A stretch of DNA of 64,000 bases from Spirulina sp. (lineage in GTDB: Bacteria > Cyanobacteriota > Cyanobacteriia > Phormidesmidales > Phormidesmidaceae). The position numbers and the translations under genes were made by a program. The DNA lies in NCBI GenBank assembly GCA_044070495.1, contig JBIPSI010000029.1, positions 1 to 64,000 of the forward strand. The letters run 5' to 3'. Positions 1-10,355 of this stretch are shown here, piece after piece. The notes under the pieces are model-generated. The model was not told the origin of the DNA. It saw only the letters and a list, made by a program, of their open reading frames with translations, and did no database searches. Every line of letters begins with the position of its first letter. Within the stretch, counting starts at the first letter, position 1.

Positions 1-138
1 TATCCCACCGTCCGAAAACGAGCGAGTCGTCCTAAAAAAACGTCAAAAACCGTCGCGTAGCTCTCATATCATCTTTAAGACGTCACTATCTTCCCTTTCT
101 GACGACAGGGGAGAAATTTGCCTTAGTCTAAACTCCAA
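1..138 (+). mobile_element. 3' end of an IS element (transposase C-terminus plus probable right terminal repeat), truncated by the window edge
   Basis: Frame 1 reads YPTVRKRASRPKKTSKTVA* (stop 58-60). This resembles the basic 'RYPTVKK' C-terminus of a common cyanobacterial transposase family. TTAGTCTAAACTCCA at 123-137 resembles the terminal repeat of such elements. Recognised from memory only. Confidence 0.5.
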
Positions 139-180
139 TTAATAAGGGGGGTACAAGATGAATCGACTACAGATAGAACC

Positions 181-300
181 TGGGGGGATCTGAAGCCCCA
201 AAAGCTGTACCTCACTGAGCCGAGAACCGCTATAGACAGCTAGGTACTGGGGGGATCTAGAACCCAGCAACGGTGTATCTCACTCCATCGAGAACCGCTA
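181..300. repeat. Two imperfect tandem copies of a MITE-end-like repeat
   Basis: 181-232 and 248-300 both read TGGGGGGATCT..TGTA(C/T)CTCACT..CGAGAACCGCTA. Confidence 0.6.
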
Positions 301-310
301 GAGTTTTTTA

Positions 311-1147
311 TTAAAAGTCGTCCTGGACTTGTTCGATTTGTTGGAGGACGCGGCGAATTTCGTAGGCGTCGCTGGCGTCGGGGCTTTCGTAGAGGTAGCG
401 TTCTAGATCGAGTAGGGCCTTATCAAGCTGCCCTTGCTGATAATGGATTAACCCTCGATCTCGCCATTCGCCGACGGCTTCGGGGTAAATCAGCAAAATG
501 CGATTGATGGCATCCATGGCCTTGGGAACATTGCGCTGTTGTAGGTAGATCATCTTGAGGTTGGTGAGCATCCGCACCACAAAGGTGGTGGGGGAAATGG
601 GGCTGAGATAATCTGGGTTGAGCCGCGCCCCGTCGCCAAAGGTTTGCTGAAATCGATCTCGACAGTCCTGTTCAAACAACACCTCGCCCTGGTGAAAGGG
701 GTCTACAAAAATCGCCATTTCATCCACGGTGGGTCGAATGAGAAAATGTCCGGGCATTCCCACTCCAGCCATGGGAAAACTAATCCGTTTGGCTAGTTCT
801 AAATACACCAGGGATAGAGTAATGGGAATGCCCACCCGCCGATGTAGGACATCATTGAGAAAGCTATTGCGGGGATCGTAGTAATCGACGGTGTTGCCGC
901 GAAAGTTTAGCTCATCAAAAAAATATTGATTAATCGTGCGAATAATTTTGAGGGGGTAGGTGGTTTTCGGCAGTTGTTGCCGCAGGGTATCCGCCATCCG
1001 GTTCAGCATTTCCAGGTGGCTAGGAATATCCAGATCCGGGTACTCCTCCTGGGCAATGTAGAGGGCAGCCTTGGCCAGGTTTACCTGGTCTGGGGCTTGC
1101 TGAAGTTCCTGGGCTAGAAGTTCACGAAGCTGTGTCGGGTGGGTCAT
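311..1147 (-). CDS. SirB1-family protein (transglutaminase-like domain plus C-terminal TPR)
   Basis: Motifs YYDPRNSFLNDVLHRRVGIPITLSLVY, GVGMPGHFLI and EWRDRGLIHY. The ATG at 1147 (MTHPTQ) avoids overlap with the upstream gene. Confidence 0.88.
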   Translation of the reverse strand: MTHPTQLRELLAQELQQAPDQVNLAKAALYIAQEEYPDLDIPSHLEMLNRMADTLRQQLPKTTYPLKIIRTINQYFFDELNFRGNTVDYYDPRNSFLNDVLHRRVGIPITLSLVYLELAKRISFPMAGVGMPGHFLIRPTVDEMAIFVDPFHQGEVLFEQDCRDRFQQTFGDGARLNPDYLSPISPTTFVVRMLTNLKMIYLQQRNVPKAMDAINRILLIYPEAVGEWRDRGLIHYQQGQLDKALLDLERYLYESPDASDAYEIRRVLQQIEQVQDDF

Positions 1148-1161
1148 CAATTTGAGAGAAA

Positions 1162-2709
1162 TTAGGCGTTGTAGTCCTTGCCGCTGCCGTAGGAAAGAGC
1201 ATCCAGCCATCGATGCATATAGTATCGCTGAATTGGGGGGAGCGCATCCGCAGCGGGTTTGACGTTCTGGAGCAGGGTAGCCAGGGCGCTATATCCCGCC
1301 AAGCTACCGTAGTGCCGCAGCCAGTCGGCCAGGGTAGGTAAGCCCACCTGGGGAATGATTTGGGCCACTAGGGCGGGATGCTTCAGCCCCGTGACCAGCA
1401 ACGTTTTGGCCAGGGCCGGAAACTGCACCACGTCCTGCAAGAAGGGTTTTAGGGTGGCTTCGCCTAGACCTGCCATGTCGGCAAAAATGGTTGCCAGCAA
1501 GGTGTTGATGCGATCCTCTGGCAGGGGTTGATCCATCCCTACGCTCATGGATTTTTGAAAGAGCCAGGTCACCGACAGGTTGGGCTGGTAGGGCTGAAGC
1601 TGGCCTAGGGCTTTGGCGTCGAGGCAATCGCTGGTCAGGGCTTCGTCAATGCCTAGGGTAAGCCGTTTGAGATGGCGGATCATCGCCCCAAAGCCGCCAA
1701 AGCTGAGGGGAGACTGGCTGCCGCTGCTATCGCCCACAGCCAGGGTGCGGCCCCAGGAGTAGCGCAGGGGGCTGTGGCGGTAGCAGGGAAAAAAGCCAAA
1801 CAAGGCCCGCTTCACCGTCAGGTCATCTAGGCTGACCTGCTGATACTCCGGCAGCAGGTTCCAGTAGTCCTCAAACAGTTCTGTTAGGCTAAGGCGGCGG
1901 GGGTCGGCATCCACATAGGTAAACAGGTAGGTGGTGCGGCCATCGCGGGCCGGAAAGGCTTCCCAAAAGTATTGGCACTGGTTGCGCAGGGGCGTAAAAG
2001 ACACGATGAGATCCCCGCTGTCGTTGATGGGAAAGCCCTCGGCGCAGGTGCCCACCACTAAACACACGGCATCGGGCCGCTGGTTACCCCTGGCCTGCCG
2101 CGCCACCGGGGAAAAGTGCCCCATGGCGTCGATCAACAGCCTCGTGTTGAACCCTGGCCCCGCCTGCACTCGCACCCCGTCGGGATGCACCTCGGCCCCT
2201 TCAAGGGCGGTTTTTTCCAGCAATTTGCCCCCCGCCGCCAGAAATTTTTGCTTCAGGATCTCCAGCAGCGTCACCGGATCCACCCCCACATTCAGCACAT
2301 CCCGCACCCACAGCGGGTCGCCGCCCAAAAATTGAATTCGGGCCGGGTTGTATGCCGAGGCAATCACGTCCTCTAGTTCCGCCTCGGTCAGCAGCCCCAG
2401 TTCCACCAGCTCCACCATTTCCCGCCGCGAAATATTCCACTCCTGGTCGCGCCCCCGCAGGGTACCCCGCTCGATCAGCGCCACCCGCCAACCTCGCTGG
2501 GCCAACCCCGCCGCCAGCAGCACCCCCAGGGTGCCACCGCCAATCACCACATCCCAATCCACCTGGCCCAACCTCTCCGAGGAGGATTGCACCACCTCGG
2601 CCTGGGGTAGATTGTCCGTGCGGTAGCGCAGCCACAGATCGTCGGCCTGGGCCAGTCCGGCCAGGGGGTTGCCCGCTAGGGGAGCCAGCATGGCTTCAGT
2701 CAACGACAT
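1162..2709 (-). CDS. cruP: FAD-dependent oxidoreductase, CruA/CruP lycopene-cyclase family (CruP-like)
   Basis: Motifs DVVIGGGTLG (Rossmann), GRDQEWNISR, DAMGHFSP, QYFWEAFP and QSPLSFGGFG; about 515 aa. Confidence 0.75.
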   Translation of the reverse strand: MSLTEAMLAPLAGNPLAGLAQADDLWLRYRTDNLPQAEVVQSSSERLGQVDWDVVIGGGTLGVLLAAGLAQRGWRVALIERGTLRGRDQEWNISRREMVELVELGLLTEAELEDVIASAYNPARIQFLGGDPLWVRDVLNVGVDPVTLLEILKQKFLAAGGKLLEKTALEGAEVHPDGVRVQAGPGFNTRLLIDAMGHFSPVARQARGNQRPDAVCLVVGTCAEGFPINDSGDLIVSFTPLRNQCQYFWEAFPARDGRTTYLFTYVDADPRRLSLTELFEDYWNLLPEYQQVSLDDLTVKRALFGFFPCYRHSPLRYSWGRTLAVGDSSGSQSPLSFGGFGAMIRHLKRLTLGIDEALTSDCLDAKALGQLQPYQPNLSVTWLFQKSMSVGMDQPLPEDRINTLLATIFADMAGLGEATLKPFLQDVVQFPALAKTLLVTGLKHPALVAQIIPQVGLPTLADWLRHYGSLAGYSALATLLQNVKPAADALPPIQRYYMHRWLDALSYGSGKDYNA

Positions 2710-3014
2710 AGGATATTCCAAAGGCAGGATCTCTATCCTAACGGCACACCACCGCTAGACGGGCGGCGATCTAGACGGGCGGTGATAGCTTCGTCTCTGG
2801 GAGCGGCTGGGAGCGGCGGTGAAACCGTTCTCTGGGATGGCCCTTGGGATTGATTTAAGCTTTTTAAGCTTTTGCCTGGGAGTCTGGTTTTATGATGGAA
2901 TGGGGGCTTTTTATCCCTGGGGCAATGCGGGATGAGTATGGCAGTGCCATTGGCCCACCTTAACCTCAGAGGGAACCATCGGCACCCTAGTCTGACTACC
3001 AAGGAACCATCACC

Positions 3015-3518
3015 ATGGCGAAAAAAACCGCTGCTACACCCGCTGCGCTGCCCATTGACATTGGCATGGCCGAAAAAGACCGAAAGGAGATTGCCGAGGG
3101 GCTGTCTAAGCTGTTAGCCGATACCTATACCCTCTATCTCAAAACCCACAACTTCCACTGGAACGTGACTGGGCCGATGTTTCAAACCCTGCACCTGATG
3201 TTTGAAACCCAGTACAACGAGCTTGCCCTAGCGGTGGATTTGATTGCCGAACGTATCCGCGCCCTGGGGTTTCCGGCCCCCGGCACCTACAAGGAATTTG
3301 CCAAGCTCTCCTCCATTGCCGAAGCCGATGGGGTACCCACCGCCGAAGACATGATCCGGCAGTTGGTGGCGGGCCAAGAAGCCGTGGTGCGCACCGCCCG
3401 ATCCATCTTTCCAGCGGTGGATGGGGCCAACGACGAGCCCACTGCCGATCTGTTGACCCAGCGGATGCAGGTGCATGAAAAAACGGCTTGGATGCTGCGG
3501 AGCCTGCTGGCTCAGTAA
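3015..3518 (+). CDS. dps: Dps family DNA-protection/ferritin-like protein
   Basis: Motifs [36 protein letters not shown] and [13 protein letters not shown] ribosome-binding site upstream. Confidence 0.95.
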   Translation: MAKKTAATPAALPIDIGMAEKDRKEIAEGLSKLLADTYTLYLKTHNFHWNVTGPMFQTLHLMFETQYNELALAVDLIAERIRALGFPAPGTYKEFAKLSSIAEADGVPTAEDMIRQLVAGQEAVVRTARSIFPAVDGANDEPTADLLTQRMQVHEKTAWMLRSLLAQ

Positions 3519-3555
3519 GTAATCTCACGGGCCAACCAGCCACAGAGTCCGGTGG

Positions 3556-3586
3556 GGATGGGGAAGAAATTGGGGCTTCCCCATCC
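3556..3586 (+). terminator. Stem-loop downstream of dps
   Basis: GGATGGGGAAG-N9-CTTCCCCATCC forms a perfect 11-bp stem; there is no U-tract. Confidence 0.45.
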
Positions 3587-4011
3587 TAGGGTGTCCTCAA
3601 AGGCGGGATCTCGTAGTAGACTTTATGCCATTCCTGTAGATGAGACCGCAAAATTACGGCTAGATCCAGTTCAGCCGTAATGGTTACTAAGAATCCCTCA
3701 GTAAAGTTACTGGTTTTTTTGGGTCAGAAAGGTAAATTGGTTTCTTAACGTTTTTTCGATGACCAGAGCGTTGTGCTAGTTTATACCTAGATGTTGGTAT
3801 GGGCTTAGATCAGCTTCCTTGGGGCGTTTCATGGTTGGGGCTAGTTCGGTGTATGCGACTGGCCCATTAAGCTGATCGATTCATGGAAAATCCATGGTCT
3901 CACTGACATCAACGGGGTCGTCTGCGGTCTAGGGCGATGTCGGTGGCTAGCGCTAGGGGGCTAAGGCATGGGCAAGTATCCTCCTGACAACGCCATCTAT
4001 ATCGCGGGCCT

Positions 4012-5364
4012 ATGTTAATAAACACTGGATTGAGCTACCGTTCAATGGAATGGAATAACGATGCCCCCCAAGCTGGGTGGACGCTGCCCCAAGCTCAGCA
4101 AATCCTCTACGACTTTTTGCTCGACGTCGTTAAGCATTGGCCCCCGGAGGATGCTCTCACTGAGTTTCGCCATCTCTTTATTCACCACAGCGAGTCGGTG
4201 AGTGAGCAGGCGGTGCCTGCGCTACACGTTATTTTGTTTGCCAACAACGAAGCCGAGTTTCGCAACACCATTAAGCGCTGCTGCTACATCCTCGTCAACA
4301 ACTGGGAGGTGGCCCGTCAGTTCGACTATATCCAAGCCCTGGTGGATGTGTTTGAGGATCCCCTGCTTCAGCGGCGCACCTTTTCCCCCACCCTGAGGCG
4401 TCTACGCAGTTGGACTCAAAATTTCATTAGCAGCCAGGATTTTGAGGATCTCAAGCTCTTTGCCGCCCGCATCACCGGGGATCGCACCATCAATCGTCCG
4501 GGGGATTGGGTCAATCGTTACACCTCCTACCTGCTGGTGCCCCAATACGTCGATGAAGCCAACCCGATTGAGCAACGACAGGCCGCCAAGGCCCTCTCCC
4601 GCCGCCTGAAGGACAAGTTTAAGTTTGATCTGGCCCTGTATACCGCCCACAGCCAGTCGGGCCTACCTCGTCGCACCACCGTGCAAAACCCCACGACCCT
4701 GGGAGATAGCGTCCTGCGGCTGATCAAAGCCATCGTAGCTAAGCGAGGGGAGTTTAGTTATCACAACCTAGCCCGTCTGTTTTTAGAGCAAACCAAGGAC
4801 ACCTCCTACGCCAACTTTAAGGCAATGCTGCCTAAGTACCTGCTCTACACCGTGAGCAGCAACCCCGTCTCCAAACCCATTCGCGACCATCTCCAAACCC
4901 GTCTGTCTACCCTCTACCCAGAGGCCAACACCGATCTCCTAGATGCCTCCCTGCTGTTGCGCACCAGCAACCGGATGATTGACTACCTGATGACGGAGGA
5001 TCGGATCTCTCCCTCGCCGCTGTTTAGCCTGGTGCTGTCCCAGGGCAATGCCCTCACCCTGGCCATTGTGCTGTTAAAACTGGTGCTGATTTCCCGCAGT
5101 TCCCAGATCTACCTAGAGGTACGCATTGCCGACCTGATCCGCTACTACGAACAGTTCCCCACGGAGGATTGTCAGTGGGTAATCCATTTCCTAGAAGTGT
5201 TTCGGGTCACCTTTGCCATCTACACCGAAAACATCGAGTACAACCTGGTGCAAATTCAGTCGGCCTCTCCCAACGATGGATCCGTTGATCCCCTTGATGA
5301 CCTCTCCAGCTTTCGGATTTTCTCCCAAAAACTGACCCGCCCAGACAGCGATGTATCCCTATAG
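4012..5364 (+). CDS. Hypothetical protein (450 aa, predicted helical)
   Basis: Long ORF with host-like GC3 bias; no catalytic motif recognised. Confidence 0.8.
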   Translation: MLINTGLSYRSMEWNNDAPQAGWTLPQAQQILYDFLLDVVKHWPPEDALTEFRHLFIHHSESVSEQAVPALHVILFANNEAEFRNTIKRCCYILVNNWEVARQFDYIQALVDVFEDPLLQRRTFSPTLRRLRSWTQNFISSQDFEDLKLFAARITGDRTINRPGDWVNRYTSYLLVPQYVDEANPIEQRQAAKALSRRLKDKFKFDLALYTAHSQSGLPRRTTVQNPTTLGDSVLRLIKAIVAKRGEFSYHNLARLFLEQTKDTSYANFKAMLPKYLLYTVSSNPVSKPIRDHLQTRLSTLYPEANTDLLDASLLLRTSNRMIDYLMTEDRISPSPLFSLVLSQGNALTLAIVLLKLVLISRSSQIYLEVRIADLIRYYEQFPTEDCQWVIHFLEVFRVTFAIYTENIEYNLVQIQSASPNDGSVDPLDDLSSFRIFSQKLTRPDSDVSL

Positions 5365-5387
5365 GTTGACCGACTGACGCAACGGCC

Positions 5388-6452
5388 CTAGGGATAGAAG
5401 GTGACGGCGGGTAGCCCTAGGGATTCGTCTAGGCCCATCATCAGGTTGAAGCACTGCACCGCCTGGGAGGCTTGGCCCTTCATCAGGTTGTCGATGGCGG
5501 ACATGACAATGACGCGCCCGGTGCGGGGATCGGTTTCGAGGCCGATAAAACAGCGGTTGGTGCCCCAGGCCCATTTGGTTTGGGGATAGGTACCGTTGGG
5601 CAAGACCGTTACCCAGGGGGACGACCGATAGAAGGCTCCGTAGATGGTGAGCAGGTCATCGCGCACCAGGCCCGGATCGCGCAGGGTGGCGTAGATGGTG
5701 GCCAAAATGCCGCGCACCATGGGGATCAGGTGGGGGGTAAACTGTACCAAAATTTCATTACGGGCCAAATGACTGCAAATTTGCTCAATTTCGGGGGTAT
5801 GGCGGTGGCGGGCGACCCCGTAGGCGGCGAGGGAATTACTGGCTTCGGCTAGCAGCATTCCAGTCTTGGCCACCCGTCCACCGCCAGAGGTACCGGACTT
5901 GGCATCGATAATCAGGGTTTCGGGCTGGGCCAAACCTTGCTTCAGCAGGGGCGCAATCCCCAGCAGGCTAGCGGTGGGATAGCAGCCCGGGCAGCCAATC
6001 AGCCGCGCCGTGCGAATTTCCTCCCGGAACAGTTCTGGCAAACCATAGACCGCCTGGGCAGCGGTGCCCTTGTCCTGGCGATCCCCGCCGTACCACGATT
6101 GGTAGGTATCGAGGTTATCAAAGCGGTAGTCGGCAGATAGATCGAGCACCTTGCAGCCCTTTTCTAGCAAGGTGGGAGCCATATTGCAGGCGAGACCATT
6201 GGGCAGCGACAAAAACACCACCTGACAACGGCTGGCGATCACCTCTAAATCCACGGATTCGACCTTCAAATCTATCCGTCCGACCAGGTGGGGGTAGATC
6301 TCGGTGTAGTCCTGTCCGGCGCTGCTGTCGCCCCCGAGGTAGGTCAGTTCCACAGCGGGGTGTTCGGTGAGCAATCGCACCAACTGCACGCCGCCATAGC
6401 CCGATGCGCCAACAATACCAACCGAAATCTTGTCCACCGGAATCTCGCTCAT
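5388..6452 (-). CDS. argC: N-acetyl-gamma-glutamyl-phosphate reductase
   Basis: Motifs [36 protein letters not shown] and [11 protein letters not shown] at 6452. Confidence 0.97.
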   Translation of the reverse strand: MSEIPVDKISVGIVGASGYGGVQLVRLLTEHPAVELTYLGGDSSAGQDYTEIYPHLVGRIDLKVESVDLEVIASRCQVVFLSLPNGLACNMAPTLLEKGCKVLDLSADYRFDNLDTYQSWYGGDRQDKGTAAQAVYGLPELFREEIRTARLIGCPGCYPTASLLGIAPLLKQGLAQPETLIIDAKSGTSGGGRVAKTGMLLAEASNSLAAYGVARHRHTPEIEQICSHLARNEILVQFTPHLIPMVRGILATIYATLRDPGLVRDDLLTIYGAFYRSSPWVTVLPNGTYPQTKWAWGTNRCFIGLETDPRTGRVIVMSAIDNLMKGQASQAVQCFNLMMGLDESLGLPAVTFYP

Positions 6453-6596
6453 AACTACAGGGCCACCCGTAAAGATAGCTAGGCCATCTAGGAAACTGCG
6501 CAAAAGATACCACAGATAACCCAGGGCGGATACGAGGTTTAAGAGGTTTCTGAGGCTCTAGCCCGCTGGGGTCAGGATTATGGGAGATGTTTTGGG

Positions 6597-6899
6597 TTAA
6601 TCGTCGGTGAACAAGCTGGTCAGATCTCGGTAGCCACTGACGACCCGCAAAATGTCTACTCTAGCGTCGGTTGCGGTGTAGAGAATGAGGTAGCTCTCCA
6701 TAGCGAGGCTCCGCAGTTCTGGCAAAATTTCGTTGCGAGGCCGCCCCAGGTTGGGAAACTGAGTGATTCGGGCAAATTTGGCATCGAGCTTGGAGAGGAA
6801 TCGCTCGGCATGCTAAAGCCCAATTTGATCGGCAATGTAGTCTGCAATCGCCTCAATATCTTTGATGGCAGGCTGGGTTAGATAAAACTGAGGAGTCAT
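6597..6899 (-). pseudogene. parE: ParE/RelE-family toxin with an in-frame amber stop at codon 29
   Basis: Reads MTPQFYLTQPAIKDIEAIADYIADQIGL*HAERFLSKLDAKFARITQFPNLGRPRNEILPELRSLAMESYLILYTATDARVDILRVVSGYRDLTSLFTDD*. The TAG is at 6815-6813. The start overlaps the parD stop as ATGA. Confidence 0.88.
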
Positions 6900-7165
6900 G
6901 ATTCGGTGAAGGCATGGCGAGACCGCAGGTTTTCTCGAATCTGGGCCATGGCGGTAGAACCCTCAACCAAGTCGCCGCGCTGGGCGGCTTCCCATCCGAT
7001 CTGGGCCTCTCGCTGAAGTTCAGGAAGTCGCCCTTGATAGAGGTCTTCTTGCTGGTCGAGCAAGTGAATGCCTGCGGTGATGACCTCTAGAGCAGATTGG
7101 TATTTGCCAGCGGCAAGCTGACGCTGGATGAGTTGTTCTAGTTCAGGGGTAAGAACAATTTGCAT
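6896..7165 (-). CDS. parD: ParD-family (ribbon-helix-helix) antitoxin
   Basis: N-terminus MQIVLTPELEQLIQRQLAAGKYQSALEVI; 89 aa; directly upstream of parE. Confidence 0.88.
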   Translation of the reverse strand: MQIVLTPELEQLIQRQLAAGKYQSALEVITAGIHLLDQQEDLYQGRLPELQREAQIGWEAAQRGDLVEGSTAMAQIRENLRSRHAFTES

Positions 7166-7287
7166 CGTGATAACCCCGGCGTTAGCTTTTTTGGGTGATG
7201 TCTCCTATGTTAAGGTCTCCCTCAATTTCCTGGTAATAAAGACTGCGGCCATTATTCAGGATATCTGGGTAGCGATGGCTTCGCGCT

Positions 7288-7409
7288 AGTAGGTTGGGTG
7301 CAGCGAAGCGAGACCCAATACTCGCTCAGGATTTTGGGCTTGTTAGGTTCTGCTATCGCGCCACCCAACCTACGAGAAATCAAGGTTCTTCGGCGTTGTG
7401 TCAGTCAGC
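7288..7409. repeat. REP/REPIN-like dispersed repeat, copy A (inverted copy at 42936-43057)
   Basis: GTAGGTTGGGTG...CACCCAACCTAC arms; the 122 bp align with the reverse complement of 42936-43057. Confidence 0.85.
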
Positions 7410-7668
7410 CAGACCTACCGCGCAAGGTTGATTGGCTTGTTGTTGATTGCCTCGTTCCGCATCGCCCTCCCACTGTTCTAGCAAGGCCCCTTCGAGGACA
7501 GCCATGCTAGGACGGGTGATCTGCGATCCACCGACGGAGGCTCGTATAATAGATGATTGGCGATGGTTTCGAGGGGCGATGGGCTTGACCGATCCGTAGA
7601 CGATCTGCCAGGTCTAAGTCTTTAAACCCTGGGTTCCTCGTCATGTCTTTAGCAGGTTTATTGGTATC

Positions 7669-9423
7669 GTGGTTAACCCAGAATCGGGGAATTGGTCGTC
7701 CGCTGCTCCACCATCCGCCGACGCGTCTCCACCAGAGTTTCAGTTTGATTCCATCGAATCGGCCCTGCAAGATTTGGCGGCGGGCAAATCCATCGTGGTG
7801 GTGGATGACGAAAACCGGGAAAACGAGGGGGACGTGATCTGCGCCGCCCAGTTTGCCACCCCCGACAACATCAACTTTATGGCGGTGGAGGCGCGGGGGC
7901 TGATTTGCCTCGCCATGACCGGGGAGCGGTTGGACGAGTTAGACCTGCCCCTGATGGTGAGCCACAGCGCCTTTGAGGACGAAAACGAGCAAACCGCCTT
8001 CACCGTCAGCATCGATGCTGCCCTGTCTTGGGGAGTGACCACGGGCATTTCCGCCGAGGATAGGGCGCGGACGATTCAGGTGGCGATCAACCCCAAGGCC
8101 AAGCCCAGCGACCTGCGCCGACCGGGGCACATTTTCCCACTGCGGGCCAAGGAGGGCGGCGTCCTCAAGCGGGCGGGCCACACCGAGGCGGGGGTAGACC
8201 TGGCGCGGCTGGCGGGGCTGTATCCGGCGGGGGTGATCTGCGAAATCCAAAACCCCGATGGCTCCATGGCGCGACTGCCAGAACTGGTGGAGTACGCCAA
8301 AACCTTTGGCCTCAAGCTAATCAGCATTGCCGATTTAATCCGCTATCGCCTCCAACACGAGCGCTTTGTGCAGCGGGAAGCCGTGGCGGAACTGCCCACC
8401 CAGTTTGGCCTCTTCCACATCTACGCCTACCGCAATCTGCTGGATGATTCTGAGCATGTGGCCCTCGTAAAAGGCGACCCCGCCACCTTTGATCAGCATT
8501 CCGTCATGGTGCGGGTGCATTCCGAATGTCTCACGGGGGACGCCTTTGGTTCCCTGCGCTGCGACTGCCGAATGCAGCTTCAGGCCGCTCTCAAAATGAT
8601 TGAAGCTGCCGGACAGGGTGTCGTCGTCTACCTGCGCCAGGAGGGCCGGGGCATTGGCTTGGTGAACAAACTCAAAGCCTACTCCCTGCAAGATATGGGC
8701 CTCGATACCGTGGAGGCCAACGAAAAGCTGGGCCTGCCCGTGGATCAGCGTAACTACGGCATTGGGGCGCAGATTCTCAACGACATCGGCGTGAAAAAGT
8801 TCTGCCTGATCACCAACAACCCCCGCAAAATCGCGGGCATCAAGGGCTACGGCCTGGAAATGGTAGACCGAGTGCCGCTGATCATCGAAGCCACCCCCTA
8901 CAACTCCAACTATCTCTCGACCAAGGCCCAAAAGCTGGGCCACCTGATGCTGCAAACCTACCTGGTTACCGTGGCCCTCCACTGGCAGCGGGGGCCGCTG
9001 TCGGCGGAAGATCGCTACGAAAAACTCGAAAAACTGCGCCACCTTGCCCAGGCCCAAGGGCTGCTGCTGCAAGAGGAGGCCCGCCCCGTGGCGGCGGCCC
9101 TGTTTAGCCAGCCCCACCAGATTATTCACTTGGGCCTAGAAAGCCCCGAAGCGGTCGCCAGCACTTGGTATACGGATTCTGATCAACCCTATCCCCAAGC
9201 CATCGCAACGATCTTGGACGACCTAGCCACCTGGCCCGACCTCAACCAAATGGCATTTTTAATTTCCAGCGGCAGCGATCCCTTCAGCGGGCTTCAGGTC
9301 AACCTCAACCGCCAAATTTTCCATCGCGGCGACCCCGCTGGGGATGTCAAACCCTCCGACCTCGTTCAGAACCTGGAAACCCAACGCATCTACGTGTTCT
9401 CGAACCACGTTCCCAGCGATTAG
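7669..9423 (+). CDS. ribBA: Bifunctional DHBP synthase / GTP cyclohydrolase II with C-terminal extension
   Basis: Motifs [57 protein letters not shown] and TNNPRK. Confidence 0.97.
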   Translation: MVNPESGNWSSAAPPSADASPPEFQFDSIESALQDLAAGKSIVVVDDENRENEGDVICAAQFATPDNINFMAVEARGLICLAMTGERLDELDLPLMVSHSAFEDENEQTAFTVSIDAALSWGVTTGISAEDRARTIQVAINPKAKPSDLRRPGHIFPLRAKEGGVLKRAGHTEAGVDLARLAGLYPAGVICEIQNPDGSMARLPELVEYAKTFGLKLISIADLIRYRLQHERFVQREAVAELPTQFGLFHIYAYRNLLDDSEHVALVKGDPATFDQHSVMVRVHSECLTGDAFGSLRCDCRMQLQAALKMIEAAGQGVVVYLRQEGRGIGLVNKLKAYSLQDMGLDTVEANEKLGLPVDQRNYGIGAQILNDIGVKKFCLITNNPRKIAGIKGYGLEMVDRVPLIIEATPYNSNYLSTKAQKLGHLMLQTYLVTVALHWQRGPLSAEDRYEKLEKLRHLAQAQGLLLQEEARPVAAALFSQPHQIIHLGLESPEAVASTWYTDSDQPYPQAIATILDDLATWPDLNQMAFLISSGSDPFSGLQVNLNRQIFHRGDPAGDVKPSDLVQNLETQRIYVFSNHVPSD

Positions 9424-9445
9424 CCCGATCTCAGATCGCCATGGC

Positions 9446-9973
9446 CTAGGCAGACTCAGTCGGCACGGCGTAGCTAGCGGCGAGATCCTCTGGGGTCATC
9501 ATTTCGTAGCGCTCAAAGGGCTGATGAATCCAGGGGTTGTCGGGCAAATACTCCACGTAGTAGTCGGGTTTAACGAAGGAGACCGCCTTATACCACAGCA
9601 CCGCCGTACGCATTTCTTCGATGCAGAAGCCGTACTTGGCCTTCAGCCACGCCAGGGAACGATCCAGGCTATGGCCAGAATCCACCAGATCATCCACCAC
9701 CAACACCCGGTTGCCCAGGCCAGCGGTGGTCATACTGAGATCGCGGGAGAAGGTAATGTGGCCTCGGGTGCGGCCATCGCTGCCCCCGTAGGAGGCGGTG
9801 GACAGAATCGCCAGGGGGACGTCAAACAGGCGGCAGAGGGTATCGCCCACCCGCAACCCACCTTTGGCTAGGCAAACAATTTGGTTAAACTCCCACCCCG
9901 ATTCGTAGATTTGGATTGCGAGTTTCTCAATGTCGCGATGGTAGTCGTCCCAACTTACATAAAAGTCAGCCAT
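9446..9973 (-). CDS. Type I phosphoribosyltransferase (purine PRT-like)
   Basis: PRPP-binding loop VLVVDDLVDSG; motifs LAKGGL and WIHQPFE. Confidence 0.88.
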   Translation of the reverse strand: MADFYVSWDDYHRDIEKLAIQIYESGWEFNQIVCLAKGGLRVGDTLCRLFDVPLAILSTASYGGSDGRTRGHITFSRDLSMTTAGLGNRVLVVDDLVDSGHSLDRSLAWLKAKYGFCIEEMRTAVLWYKAVSFVKPDYYVEYLPDNPWIHQPFERYEMMTPEDLAASYAVPTESA

Positions 9974-10156
9974 GGCCGTTGTTTAGGAAATTTTGAGAGG
10001 TTGGCGGTTTGTTCAGTGGTTTCGGTCAGCGTTGGTTTAACGCCCCCATGTTTGATGCCCTAACACCCAGCCCTAGGGGAACGGTTGTTAATTTGGCCGA
10101 CAAAGCGACCACGAACAATGGGGAAATAATACACTGAGGGCGCTATCTTGATCAGA

Positions 10157-10314
10157 TTCTGTAGATCGCAAAGCCTCCGTAGCCCTCACCCTAAATCCCT
10201 CTCCCTAAGGGAGAGGGACTTTGAAGACAGGTTCCGACTCCCCTCTCCTTGCGGGAGAGGGGCTGGGGGTGAGGGCTGGATCGTGGTAGAAGAGCACGTT
10301 CGTGATCTACTGAG
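10157..10314. mobile_element. MITE-like repeat, copy 1 (copy 2 at 59255-59432)
   Basis: Ends GTAGATCGCAAA and TTCGTGATCTAC are inverted repeats. The core CCCTCACCCTAAATCCCTCTCCC..GGGAGAGGGGCTGGGGGTGAGGG is shared with copy 2. Confidence 0.8.
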
Positions 10315-10355
10315 ACTCTGTTATCCCACTGACACCCCCCATCGAGCATTGCGCT

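Noticed and set aside
6813..6815. Programmed pyrrolysine or other recoding of the parE TAG
   Set aside because: There are no pyl genes or recoding signal in the window; a nonsense mutation is the simpler explanation.
7410..7668. FMN riboswitch upstream of ribBA
   Set aside because: No RFN hallmark sequences (AGGGCGGGGTGAAATTCCC-like) were found.
8335..9129. Long antisense ORFs (this one and 13940-14578, 28555-29070, 39282-39875 and others)
   Set aside because: These are shadow frames of confident genes, expected in GC-rich coding DNA.
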